From: Acutalibacteraceae bacterium
GTDB taxonomy: Bacteria > Bacillota > Clostridia > Oscillospirales > Acutalibacteraceae
DNA: 64,000 bases
Direction of reading: 5' to 3'
Assembly: GCA_045613085.1 (NCBI GenBank)
Contig: JAZLAG010000003.1
Coordinates: 48,696 to 112,695, forward strand
This document shows positions 1 through 9,265 of the stretch, piece by piece; position 1 is the first letter of the stretch; each line of letters begins with the position of its first letter. Made by a program: the position numbers and the translations under genes. The notes under the pieces are model-generated. The model worked only from the letters and a program-made list of their open reading frames with translations. It was not told where the DNA came from and searched no databases.

Positions 1-1010
1 AACTCAAGTTCACCATTAGCATTGATTGAACCATTAAGAGTTGCTGTGATATAACCTACACCTCGGTGAGTAATGCTTACAAATTTACCATCTGCAGTCA
101 TAACAGCTGTAATTGTGTAATCTTTATATACAATCTGACCATCAAGGCTCTTAACTATAGAAATATCTTTAACTGCTTCCTGAACATCACCATAGTCAAG
201 GAATTCTCTTGACATTTTAACGAGACCATCTGCATCTTTGTATGATGGGTTAGTCTGTTCTACTAAAACGATTGTAACAACATAGTTTGCACCATCTTTT
301 TTAGCTGTTGCGCTCTTAACATATTTCTTGTCGCAATCACTGATAGGCATACGATTTTTAGCATCATCTGAACCCTTTGGATTTTCTTTTACTTCAGCTT
401 CTTCTTCTGTTGTCATAAAACCAGCAATAATTCCCTCAATTGCACTACTAAGCATACCAAGACCTTCGATTTTTAAAATCTTCTGCCAACCAATTTTGTT
501 GTAGCCTGCAGTACCGTTTAAGTGAATTTCTTTAGCAGCCTTCTGATAGAAACCGAGTGGGTCTTTTAAAACTGGGTCGTTTGCATCAGCAGCGTTACCG
601 CCCTGTTGTGTTGCGCCACCTTGCTGTGTTGCACCACCTTGCTGTGTTGCGCCACCTTGCTGTGTTGTGCCACCCTGTGGTGTTGTTGATGTTGTGCCAC
701 CCTGTGGTGTTGTCTGTGTTGTACCACCTGGTGTTGTTGATGTTGTGCCACCTGGTGTTGTTGATGTTGTGCCACCTGGTGTTGTTGATGTACTACCACC
801 TGGTGTTGTTGATGTACTGCCACCTGGTGTTGTCTGTGTACCCTGTTGTGTATCACCTGTACCAGGAGCAACAGTCTGAACAGCAGCACCTGAGCCACCT
901 TTTGCAAGAATTACAACTGAAGCTATTGAAACAGCATTACTTGTGATGATTGTGAAAAATAAAGCAATACTGAGTATAATAGCAACTACTTTTAAATCTG
1001 AACTTTTCAT
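1..1010 (-). CDS. Secreted/membrane-anchored protein, C-terminal part runs off the window (signal-anchor, Thr/Gly/Pro/Gln repeat linker, globular domain)
   Basis: Own translation from ATG at 1008-1010: MKSSDLKVVAIILSIALFFTIITSNAVSIASVV..., then GGSTSTTPGG and QQGGAT repeats, then LKDPLGFYQKAAKEIHLNG...; open to position 1. Absent from the ORF track because there is no in-window stop. Confidence 0.7.
   Translation of the reverse strand, partial: MKSSDLKVVAIILSIALFFTIITSNAVSIASVVILAKGGSGAAVQTVAPGTGDTQQGTQTTPGGSTSTTPGGSTSTTPGGTTSTTPGGTTSTTPGGTTQTTPQGGTTSTTPQGGTTQQGGATQQGGATQQGGATQQGGNAADANDPVLKDPLGFYQKAAKEIHLNGTAGYNKIGWQKILKIEGLGMLSSAIEGIIAGFMTTEEEAEVKENPKGSDDAKNRMPISDCDKKYVKSATAKKDGANYVVTIVLVEQTNPSYKDADGLVKMSREFLDYGDVQEAVKDISIVKSLDGQIVYKDYTITAVMTADGKFVSITHRGVGYITATLNGSINANGELE
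597..850. repeat. In-frame tandem repeats inside the 1-1010 CDS (about 18-bp ccaccttgctgtgttgcg units, then about 24-bp ccacctggtgttgttgatgttgtg units)
   Basis: Direct reading of lines 601-840. The repeats encode QQGGAT and TTSTTPGG units on the minus strand. Confidence 0.85.
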
Positions 1011-1181
1011 TGGTAAAAATACCCCTTTCAAATTTTTTGGAAAGACATCCAAATATTAGCGTAGTTACACGCATTCACATAATAAAGATACATTAAAATC
1101 GTAAAAAAGTCAATATTTTTTCGACAATTCATTAATGATTTGTAAATATTTTTTTAAAATCGTCAAAAAGACTAATAAACC

Positions 1182-3587
1182 TTAGATTTTTTGTGCATTC
1201 CATATATCTTTTGCATACTCATTTATAGCTCTGTCAGCGGCAAATCGGCCTGAGTTTGCAATATTAGAAAGCATCATCTGGTTCCATTTTTTCTTATCTT
1301 TAAATGTTTCAACCATTTTTTGCTGAGCACGTCTGTAATCTGCAAAATCTGCAAGAACCATAAATGGGTCGTGGTGCATAATAGTACCACTGATATCTGA
1401 GAAGTTCTGACCATTAATTCCGTGAGAAATGAAGTCAAGCACTTTTCTTATATCCTCGTTATTGTTATAGAAGCTCATTGGGTCATAGCCACGACTTCTT
1501 AAAGAGTTAACCTCTTCTGTTCTCATACCGAATAAGAACATATTATCATCGCCAACTGACTCGTGAATTTCTACGTTAGCACCATCAAGTGTACCAATGG
1601 TAATAGCACCATTCATCATAAGCTTCATATTACCAGTACCACTTGCCTCTTTACCCGCAAGAGAAATCTGCTCTGAAACATCTGCCGCCGGCATAAGCTT
1701 TTCAGCATTACTTACATTGTAATCTTCAACATAAAGAACCTTAAGTCTACCTTTAACATCAGGGTCATTATTTATTAAATCAGCAAGTGCTAAAATGAAT
1801 GAAATAATTCTTTGTGCTACGTGGTAACCAGGAGCAGCCTTTGCACCGAAAATATAAGTGTGTGGTGTAAATTCTTTGTCTGGATTTTCTTTGATTGTAA
1901 GATAATCAAGCACAATGTTGAATGCATTGAGGTGTTGACGTTTGTACTCGTGAAGACGTTTAACCTGAACGTCAAAAATAGAGTTAACATCAAGCTCCTG
2001 ACCAGTTGTTTTCTTAATAAAGTCTGCAAAATCTTTTTTGTTTTCCATTTTGATTTCTGCTAACTTATTAAGAACATCTTTATCATTCTTATAATCATTG
2101 AGTTTTGAAAGATTATCTGCATCGTAAACGAATTTATCGTTACCTAAGAGTTCTTTTAAATAAGCAGTAAGTCTTGGGTTTGCCTGACAGAGCCAACGTC
2201 TGTGTGCAATACCATTTGTAACATTTGTAAATTTATCTGGCATTAAGCGGTAGAAATCGTTAAAGAGTGAATCTTTAAGAATCTGACTGTGAAGACCAGA
2301 AACGCCGTTAACACTGTGACAAGTAGCAACACAAAGGTTTGCCATACGAACAACGCCACCAGAAATAATTGCAGTTCTTTCTACATAATCCGCATCGTGT
2401 GTTGATTCCCAAATATAACCTCTGAAACGATTGTCAATCTCTTTAATAATTTCATAAACACGTGGAATAAGTCTTTTAACAAGCTCTTCACTCCAGCATT
2501 CAAGTGCTTCACTCATAACTGTGTGGTTAGTATAAGCCATAGATTTTGTAACAATATTCCATGCATCATCCCAACCATAGCCACATTCGTCGAGGAGAAT
2601 TCTCATAAGCTCAGGAATGGCCATTGTAGGATGGGTATCGTTAATATGAATAGCAACTCTGTCTGAGAAATTGTCGAGTGTGCCGTTTACTCTCAAGTGA
2701 TGGCGGACAATATCCTGAACAGAAGCAGATACTAAGAAATACTGCTGACGAAGTCTTAAAGCCTTGCCTTCTGGATGGTTATCTGATGGATAAAGAACCT
2801 TACTGATAACCTCTGCCATAGCCTGACGTTCCATTGAACGAATATAATCACCTTCGTTAAAGAGTTTCATATCAAACTCAGGTGCTTTTGCAGTCCAAAG
2901 ACGAAGAATACTTACACATTTACCATCCTTACCAGGAACAAACATATCGTAAGGAATAGCTTTAATAACTGTTCCGTTTTCAATTTCTACGTGGTGATAC
3001 TGGTCATCCCATGTATCTTTAACAGTACCTTCAAAAGTAATATCTACTGAGCTACTTTCTCTTGGTACGAGCCATACGTCACCGCCAGGAAGCCAGTTGT
3101 CAGGAAGCTCAGTTTGTTTACCATCAATAAGCTTCTGACGGAAAATACCATATTCATAAAGAATTGAGTAACCACGTGCTGAGTAGCCCTGTGTTGCAAG
3201 ACCATCTAAGTAGCAAGCAGCAAGTCTACCCAGACCACCGTTACCAAGACCAGCATCTGGTTCACATTCATAAAGGTCATCTAATTTAATACCTAAATCT
3301 TTGAGAACACTTTTAAAAGTATCTGTAAGATTAAGGTTATAAAGGTTATTTTTAAGAGAACGACCCATAAGGAATTCCATTGAAAGATAGTAAACGTTCT
3401 TTTTACCGCTTTCGTCAGATTTCTTAACTGTTTCGCCTCTGCCCTCTGTCATCATATCTCTGAGAATCATTGCGATTGCTCTATAATATTGCTCATTTGT
3501 AGCATTATGAGTAGAAACACCAAAGAAATGAAGAAGTCTGTTTTCAAGCATTTCTTTTGCTTGTTTCTTTGTAAGTTTATAATTCAT
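1182..3587 (-). CDS. glgP: Glycogen/maltodextrin phosphorylase
   Basis: 801 aa. It has the hallmark PLP-lysine region EASGTGNMKLMMNGA and the N-terminal LGNGGLGRLAACYLD motif of GT35 phosphorylases. Confidence 0.95.
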   Translation of the reverse strand: MNYKLTKKQAKEMLENRLLHFFGVSTHNATNEQYYRAIAMILRDMMTEGRGETVKKSDESGKKNVYYLSMEFLMGRSLKNNLYNLNLTDTFKSVLKDLGIKLDDLYECEPDAGLGNGGLGRLAACYLDGLATQGYSARGYSILYEYGIFRQKLIDGKQTELPDNWLPGGDVWLVPRESSSVDITFEGTVKDTWDDQYHHVEIENGTVIKAIPYDMFVPGKDGKCVSILRLWTAKAPEFDMKLFNEGDYIRSMERQAMAEVISKVLYPSDNHPEGKALRLRQQYFLVSASVQDIVRHHLRVNGTLDNFSDRVAIHINDTHPTMAIPELMRILLDECGYGWDDAWNIVTKSMAYTNHTVMSEALECWSEELVKRLIPRVYEIIKEIDNRFRGYIWESTHDADYVERTAIISGGVVRMANLCVATCHSVNGVSGLHSQILKDSLFNDFYRLMPDKFTNVTNGIAHRRWLCQANPRLTAYLKELLGNDKFVYDADNLSKLNDYKNDKDVLNKLAEIKMENKKDFADFIKKTTGQELDVNSIFDVQVKRLHEYKRQHLNAFNIVLDYLTIKENPDKEFTPHTYIFGAKAAPGYHVAQRIISFILALADLINNDPDVKGRLKVLYVEDYNVSNAEKLMPAADVSEQISLAGKEASGTGNMKLMMNGAITIGTLDGANVEIHESVGDDNMFLFGMRTEEVNSLRSRGYDPMSFYNNNEDIRKVLDFISHGINGQNFSDISGTIMHHDPFMVLADFADYRRAQQKMVETFKDKKKWNQMMLSNIANSGRFAADRAINEYAKDIWNAQKI

Positions 3588-3683
3588 AGTATCACTCCAA
3601 AAAATAGATGGGTTTATTTTACACTATTTCACGTTAAATTGCAATATTTAACTAATAAATACTATTGGATAATTTTTCTAATA

Positions 3684-5042
3684 TTACGCTTTTTCCTCCT
3701 TGAAATTTTTGAAAAAAGTCAACATAAACGGCAGTGAAACAAAAAATGTTATTATATCTGTTACTGTTTGCGATATCTGCACACCAGTTAAGCCAAAAGC
3801 ACTTGAGAGTACAAGTAGTATTGGTATAAATATAAGACCACTTCTCAAAGCAGACAAAAATGTTGCAATTTTGTTTTTACCAATACTTTGGAACATCATA
3901 TTACAGCATATACTTAAGGGCTGAAAAAACAGTGCTATGAGTTGAGCCTTAAGAGCAAATGAACCAATTTCTATAACAAGTGGGTCATCTCTGAAAATGC
4001 CTACGAGATGATCACTAAAAAAAAGACCAACAACCGCCAAGGCACTCAAAAGCAACTCCCCTACTCCCCACGTAAAGAAAAAGCCTTTTTTTACCCTTTT
4101 ATATTTCTTCGCACCGTAGTTAAACGAACAAACCGGTTGAAAGCCCTGTCCAATACCAAGACCAACAGCAAAAATGAAGAAACAAATTCTGTTAACAATA
4201 GTCATACCTGCTACTGCAGCGTCACCATAAACACCTGCAGCGTTATTGAGCAACATGGTCGATATACTTGAAAGACCTTGTCGCATAAGGCTCGGTAAAC
4301 CGGTAAAGCAAATATTTTTAAGCTGTGGCAAACCGTTTTTCAACATCTTAACAGAAAGCTTACTTTGTGTTTTATTCCTTAAAAACATACTTAGTAAAAT
4401 GCAGAAGCTTATAAGCTGAGAAACAGCAGTTGAAATACCAGCACCGTGAATACCCAAATCAAATATTCTTATTAAAACGAAGTCACCAAATATATTGAGA
4501 ATGCCACCTGCTGTAAGCCCTACCATAGCAAGAGCCGCCTTACCTTCATAACGAAGTATATTATTAAGCACGAAACTTGCCATAGTTACTGGTGCGGCAA
4601 AAAGAATCCACAAAGCGTAATCCTTAGCAAAAGGTAAAATAGTAGGCGTGCTACCGAGCAACTTTAAAAATGGTGTAGAAAACAAAAGTCCCACAAGAGT
4701 AATAACAAGACCCGCACACAAAGATGTAAAAAATGATGCAGAGGCAACAAAACTTGCTGTTTTTGTATCCTTTGCACCTAACTTTCTCGAAATAATACTT
4801 CCGGCACCATGTCCTAACATAAAGCCTATAGCCTGTATTACAGCCATCAAGCCGAACACCACGCCTACAGCACCACTTGCACTTGTGCCTAACGTACCAA
4901 CAAAGTATGTGTCGGCCATATTATAAATATTAGTTACAAGCATACTTATTGTAGTTGGAATACCTAATTTTATAATCAGTTTACCTACAGGCGTTTCTGT
5001 CATAAATTTATAATGTTTATCAATAGAATTAGCACTTTCCAC
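3684..5042 (-). CDS. MATE family efflux transporter
   Basis: 452 aa and polytopic (about 12 hydrophobic segments). The N-terminal GIPTTISMLVTNIYNMADTYFVG is typical of MATE/NorM proteins. Confidence 0.88.
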   Translation of the reverse strand: MESANSIDKHYKFMTETPVGKLIIKLGIPTTISMLVTNIYNMADTYFVGTLGTSASGAVGVVFGLMAVIQAIGFMLGHGAGSIISRKLGAKDTKTASFVASASFFTSLCAGLVITLVGLLFSTPFLKLLGSTPTILPFAKDYALWILFAAPVTMASFVLNNILRYEGKAALAMVGLTAGGILNIFGDFVLIRIFDLGIHGAGISTAVSQLISFCILLSMFLRNKTQSKLSVKMLKNGLPQLKNICFTGLPSLMRQGLSSISTMLLNNAAGVYGDAAVAGMTIVNRICFFIFAVGLGIGQGFQPVCSFNYGAKKYKRVKKGFFFTWGVGELLLSALAVVGLFFSDHLVGIFRDDPLVIEIGSFALKAQLIALFFQPLSICCNMMFQSIGKNKIATFLSALRSGLIFIPILLVLSSAFGLTGVQISQTVTDIITFFVSLPFMLTFFKNFKEEKA

Positions 5043-5082
5043 TTAATCACCGCCAATATTTTAATTATAGCATATTAACTGG

Positions 5083-5217
5083 GTAGTGTTCAAGTGGCTA
5101 GTGTAGCTAGTTGCTAGTGCTCAGTTGTTAGTTGTTAGGTGTTAGGTGTTAGGTGTTAGTTTGTAGGGGCAGACCTGTGGTCGCCCGAAATTAGTAGTTA
5201 GAAAACAGAAAGCGGTA
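5083..5217. repeat. Dispersed intergenic element, copy 1 (GC-rich core 5166-5187 ggggcagacctgtggtcgcccg flanked by degenerate GTTAG/CTAGT word repeats)
   Basis: The reverse complement of the core (CGGGCGACCA-N7-GCCCCTACAA) matches 9169-9195. The tail contains gttaggt x3. Confidence 0.5.
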
Positions 5218-5318
5218 GAATTAAATTTGATTATATTCAATTAACTGGTTATTGGAAATAGTGTATTATTGTGTTATAAAATAAATGAAACGTTTCAAAA
5301 CGCAAAAAAGGTGATAAT

Positions 5319-5846
5319 ATGAATATTGAAAAAGTAGGATTACAAATCGCAGAATTACGAAAAAATAAATGTCTAACACAAAATGATTTAGGTGAAAGAT
5401 TATGCGTCAGTTTTCAGGCTGTGAGCAAATGGGAACGTGGTGAAACTTTACCTGATACAGCAATTCTACCCGATTTAGCAAGTGTTTTATGCACTACTAT
5501 TGATTACATTTTAAATGGTGGTGAAAAGAGGGTCGAATTTAAAGGAAAAATAAATGTATCTGATATGATCAGCGGAATAAAAGCGCTAAAAGATATGGGT
5601 GAATATTTGGGAAAAGATAATTTAATATATCTCAATGCAATTAAAGGTATAAATGAAAATATGAACACCGATATTGAAGCCGCATTTAAAGATGACTACG
5701 CATTTGAAGCATTTGTTACAGAAACAATTATTCAAAGTTTGAGTATGGGTGCTTATGTTGATGTAACAGACATAAAAAATAACTTTAAGCACGAGCATTT
5801 TAAAAATATAGTTTTAAATTATTGCGAGAAGTGTGGTATTAAGTAG
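5319..5846 (+). CDS. XRE-family helix-turn-helix transcriptional regulator
   Basis: The N-terminus LRKNKCLTQNDLGERLCVSFQAVSKWERGETLPD is a classical Cro/C1 HTH. There is an aaaaggtg RBS before the ATG. Confidence 0.85.
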   Translation: MNIEKVGLQIAELRKNKCLTQNDLGERLCVSFQAVSKWERGETLPDTAILPDLASVLCTTIDYILNGGEKRVEFKGKINVSDMISGIKALKDMGEYLGKDNLIYLNAIKGINENMNTDIEAAFKDDYAFEAFVTETIIQSLSMGAYVDVTDIKNNFKHEHFKNIVLNYCEKCGIK

Positions 5847-5943
5847 GAAGGAGAGCTTTGTGGTTTGTAGTATCGTTTTTAGTGGAAAAGTATTTTTAGA
5901 GAATAGATAAGAAAGAATATAGAACAGAGAATAATACAAAACA

Positions 5944-5975
5944 AAAATCCGTCCACTTTGTGAACGGATTTTTAT
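5944..5975. terminator. Bidirectional rho-independent terminator hairpin
   Basis: aaaaatccgtccactttgtgaacggatttttatttt: an ATCCGT/ACGGAT stem with U-runs on both strands. Confidence 0.55.
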
Positions 5976-5977
5976 TT

Positions 5978-6072
5978 TGGCGGAGAAGGAGAGACTCGCA
6001 AGGCTCTGCCTTGCTTTGCTTCGCAAAACCGATTGTGTTCGGCTTCGCCGAGTTGAGTTCGAGTCTCTCCCC
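5978..6072 (-). other. tRNA-Ser-derived palindromic fragment (not a functional tRNA)
   Basis: 5974-5997 (ttttggcggagaaggagagactcg) is identical to the 3' end region of tRNA-Ser(GCU) at 6125-6148. An inverted partial T-arm copy gagttcgagtctctcc lies at 6054-6070. There is no 5' acceptor strand and no canonical T-stem. Confidence 0.5.
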
Positions 6073-6082
6073 TATCTTGAAC

Positions 6083-6121
6083 AAAAAAATAAACCCTACA
6101 CAACACTGTGGTTGTATAGGA
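6083..6121 (-). terminator. Terminator after tRNA-Ser(GCU)
   Basis: Minus-strand CCTATACAACcacagtGTTGTGTAGGG followed by tttattttttt. Confidence 0.6.
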
Positions 6122-6128
6122 TTCATTT

Positions 6129-6219
6129 TGGCGGAGAAGGAGAGACTCGAACTCTCGCGCCGGTTTCCCGACCTACGCCCTTAGCAGGGGCGCCTCGTCA
6201 CCAACTTGAGTACTTCTCC
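6129..6219 (-). tRNA. tRNA-Ser (anticodon GCU)
   Basis: Reverse complement: GGAGAAGTACTCAAGTTGGTGACGAGGCGCCCCTGCTAAGGGCG...GAGAGTTCGAGTCTCTCCTTCTCCGCCA. Anticodon loop CTGCTAA, long variable arm, encoded CCA. Confidence 0.9.
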
Positions 6220-6271
6220 ATTGGTAACCTGTCTGGTTATTATTAAATTAGCCTTTCATAAAGAAAGGCTT

Positions 6272-6360
6272 TGGCGCAGAGGGTGGGATTCGAACCCACG
6301 GTACGTTGCCGTACGACGGTTTTCAAGACCGTTCCGTTATAACCACTTCGGTACCTCTGC
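6272..6360 (-). tRNA. tRNA-Ser (anticodon UGA)
   Basis: Reverse complement: GCAGAGGTACCGAAGTGGTTATAACGGAACGGTCTTGAAAACCGT...GTGGGTTCGAATCCCACCCTCTGCGCCA. Anticodon loop CTTGAAA, long variable arm, encoded CCA. Confidence 0.9.
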
Positions 6361-6471
6361 AATTATTACGGATGATATAATAACACACGAAAAACAAATT
6401 GTCAATGCTTTTTTTGAATTTTAAAAATAATTTTTATCAATTGCACCTATCCCCTTTTTATGCTACAATAA

Positions 6472-9168
6472 ATGCATCTTAATTTTGGACGGTGCATTAT
6501 GGGTGTTGTAAGAATGATATTAAGTTTAATCCTGACAGTTTTCCAACTTATTGGTTCGTTTATTGTTCCTGGTGACAGTTTCGACTACATAAAAGAATCT
6601 TTCACTACTACAAATAAGGCGTGCTATTCAGAAAGATATTACAAAATCTCAGAAACACGTAAAAATAATACTGACACATGGCGTAATGGTATGGTTTCAG
6701 GGAACGGACTTCAAGGTGTTATTACAAGTGGTGCACCTTACAGTGATTCACTTATTTATCAAAATATACATTTTATTATGCCTAATGAAAAAGTACGTTA
6801 CTGCCCTGACACGTCAGAAGAATTAGAAACCGTAAAACAGAATATTGCTGAAAGTAAAGACATTGTTGACACTGCAAGTTACGATGACGTTTATTCTTTC
6901 CACCCAGGCGGTGCTTTAAGAATCAAACAATCATGGCAACCAACTATAAAATATTACAGATACACAAATTACGAAACTGCTGAAGCAGGTGTTGAATATA
7001 CAAATTTCGGTGGTACGTGGGAAAGATTTTCTTTCACTTCTCAGACAGATAATGCAACCATTACAAAAATCTCTGAGTCTTCAAAAGGTAAAAAAGTTAA
7101 TTTAACACTTTCTTTCGACAACATTTCTACTTTTGCAAACTTTGAGAATGGTTCTGAAGTAGATTTAAAATACAAAAAATTAGTTTCGGAAAATCTTGAC
7201 ACAATCTCTTTTATTGCACACTACCCTGAGTATGAAGAAAGCGAACTAAAAAATGGTGCTTATGCTACTGTTGTTTACGTAATAACAGAAGGTGGCACAA
7301 AAGAAAAAGTTACTTTAAAAGACGTAAAAGATACACAATACTGTGGTGTGGATAACCCAGGCTTAAAAATAACTGATGCCGACAATGTTTATCTTATTGC
7401 GATTTCAGAAAGAAATCATAACGTTGGAACTATAGAAGAATTCACAAAAGCAACTAACTACAAATTAATAAGTGATATTACTACTAAAGCTTCAGAAATT
7501 GAGAAAAAATACACTAAAGATGGAAAATTCAGTTACAATGCTTCAATAAAAGAACACGCAAAAATATTCTCTAACGAATACAATAAAGTCACTTTTAACC
7601 TTGGCGACAGCAACAACACTGTTTCAAACGAAAAACTCATTTTAAAGCAAATTGGCAAAGAAAACATTAATAACGATTTAGCCGAAAGAGCATACTACTC
7701 TGGTAGATATGCTTATCTTTGCTGTGCAGGCTACTCAACGTCTAGACTTGGTGGTATGTGGACTGGTGAATGGGCACCTGGTTGGGGCAGCAAATACACA
7801 ATGGATGCGAATGTAAATTTGCAGACTTCTTCGCTTAACACAAGCAATATGAACTCTACCTACTTAGGCTACGCAACATTCCTTTTAAGACAAATGCCAG
7901 ACTGGGAAGAAAACGCTAAAGCAACCCACGGATTCAGGGATGCAATTCAGGCTCCAGTAAACACAGATGGTGACACGGCGGTTATAACTGAAACCTGTTA
8001 CCCTTACCCTTTCCGTTACTGGAATGCGGGTGCTTCGTGGATGTTAAACCCGCTTTACGAAACGTTACTTTCATACGGTGACGTAAAAATTCCGATTTCA
8101 GAAGATTTCGATTTATACAAATTAAAATCAGTACTTTCGGTAACAGAAGAAGATTTAACCGACGAAGATATAAATGCACTCGAAGAAAAGGGATATTTAG
8201 ATTTAAGAAGTGAAATTCTATTACCTTTACTTATTAAATCTGCAAATTACTGGAACCAAATAATGACCCCTGAATATTACACCGATAAAAATGGTGAAGT
8301 TCAATTTGAAAAAGGCAAAAAAGATTTGCTTGAAAACGAAACTTATGCAATTCTTCCGAGTTATTCACCTGAAAACAATCCAGAAAACTACCCAAGCCCA
8401 TCTGTTGCAAATGCGGCAATAGATATTTCTGCTTGTAAAAGCAACCTTTTAATGCTCATTGAAATTATGAAAAGTGTTGATGAAAACGCTGACACAAGTT
8501 ATTGGGAAAACCTTTTAGAGAAACTTCCGCCATACCTTTACGATGAAACAGGTGCACTCAAAGAATGGGCGGCAAATGAATTCACAGAAAATAATCTTCA
8601 CAGACATTTAAGCCACCTTTACTGTGCTTGGCCAATGTTTGAAACACAAGACGATGACGCACTCAAAAAAGCGTGTGACCAGGCAATTTTAAACAGAGCA
8701 AGTGAAAACCAGGCAAGTCACGCATTAGTACACAGAGCGTTGATTGGTGCAAGGCTCAAAGATTCAGTTGCAGTTGAAGATTCTCTTGTAAATCTTATGA
8801 ATCACGGAATATATTATGATTCTATGATGACAAACCACGACTACGACAGGAACAGTTGTTATTGCACCGACTTTACAATAGGTTATTTAGGAATTATAAA
8901 CGAAAGTCTTGTTTACTCTTATAATGACAAAATAGAACTTTTACCTGCAATTCCTGAAAGTTTTGAAACTGGTGAAATCTGTGGTTTAAGAACAAGAAAC
9001 CGTTGTGTAATAGACTCCTTAAAATGGGATATGAACACATCAACTGTTACTGCTACAATTCATTCTGAAATAGCACAATCGTTAACAGTTTCGTGTGGAC
9101 TTTCAGATGATATAACAGAAATTGAATTCAAAGAAAACGAAGCAAAAACAGTAGAATTCAAATTCTGA
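6472..9168 (+). CDS. Large glycoside hydrolase, GH95-like (putative alpha-L-fucosidase/galactosidase type)
   Basis: 898 aa. N-terminal GMVSGNGLQGVITSG resembles the GH95 PIGNGxLG region, TMDANVNLQTS resembles the NINLQMNYW region, and HRHLSHLYCAWP resembles the GH95 HRHxSHL motif. The start could be an internal ATG. Confidence 0.65.
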   Translation: MHLNFGRCIMGVVRMILSLILTVFQLIGSFIVPGDSFDYIKESFTTTNKACYSERYYKISETRKNNTDTWRNGMVSGNGLQGVITSGAPYSDSLIYQNIHFIMPNEKVRYCPDTSEELETVKQNIAESKDIVDTASYDDVYSFHPGGALRIKQSWQPTIKYYRYTNYETAEAGVEYTNFGGTWERFSFTSQTDNATITKISESSKGKKVNLTLSFDNISTFANFENGSEVDLKYKKLVSENLDTISFIAHYPEYEESELKNGAYATVVYVITEGGTKEKVTLKDVKDTQYCGVDNPGLKITDADNVYLIAISERNHNVGTIEEFTKATNYKLISDITTKASEIEKKYTKDGKFSYNASIKEHAKIFSNEYNKVTFNLGDSNNTVSNEKLILKQIGKENINNDLAERAYYSGRYAYLCCAGYSTSRLGGMWTGEWAPGWGSKYTMDANVNLQTSSLNTSNMNSTYLGYATFLLRQMPDWEENAKATHGFRDAIQAPVNTDGDTAVITETCYPYPFRYWNAGASWMLNPLYETLLSYGDVKIPISEDFDLYKLKSVLSVTEEDLTDEDINALEEKGYLDLRSEILLPLLIKSANYWNQIMTPEYYTDKNGEVQFEKGKKDLLENETYAILPSYSPENNPENYPSPSVANAAIDISACKSNLLMLIEIMKSVDENADTSYWENLLEKLPPYLYDETGALKEWAANEFTENNLHRHLSHLYCAWPMFETQDDDALKKACDQAILNRASENQASHALVHRALIGARLKDSVAVEDSLVNLMNHGIYYDSMMTNHDYDRNSCYCTDFTIGYLGIINESLVYSYNDKIELLPAIPESFETGEICGLRTRNRCVIDSLKWDMNTSTVTATIHSEIAQSLTVSCGLSDDITEIEFKENEAKTVEFKF

Positions 9169-9233
9169 CGGGCGACCAAGCTTAAGCCCCTACAACTGAC
9201 TACTGACCACTGACTTACTTACTGACCACTGAA
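9169..9233 (+). repeat. Dispersed intergenic element, copy 2 (core CGGGCGACCAagcttaaGCCCCTACAA + CTGAC/CTTAC word tail)
   Basis: Same core as the reverse complement of 5161-5187. The tail is ctgactactgaccactgacttacttactgaccactga. Confidence 0.5.
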
Positions 9234-9234
9234 T

Positions 9235-9265
9235 AAAAAAACTCGGCTTTGAGCCGAGTTTTTTA
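9235..9265. terminator. Bidirectional terminator between convergent genes
   Basis: aaaaaaactcggctttgagccgagtttttt: a CTCGGC/GCCGAG stem with an A-run and a T-run. Confidence 0.75.

Noticed and set aside
557-946. Three track ORFs (557-946 +, 566-907 -, 667-879 +) with repetitive His/Gln/Val or Pro/Gly/Val-rich translations
   Set aside because: They are off-frame read-throughs of the tandem DNA repeat. The real gene is the minus-strand frame starting at 1010, which has a signal-anchor and continues to the window edge.
5100-5165. Short periodic gttaggt/gttagtt repeats that might be mistaken for a CRISPR array or a telomere-like repeat
   Set aside because: The units are 5-7 nt with no spacers. 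They are far too short for CRISPR repeats, and no cas genes are in the window. I treat them as the tail of a dispersed intergenic element.
5814-6424. Five overlapping small ORFs across the tRNA-Ser locus
   Set aside because: They overlap two well-formed tRNAs, terminators and the tRNA-derived fragment. They have no RBS and their composition is not protein-like.
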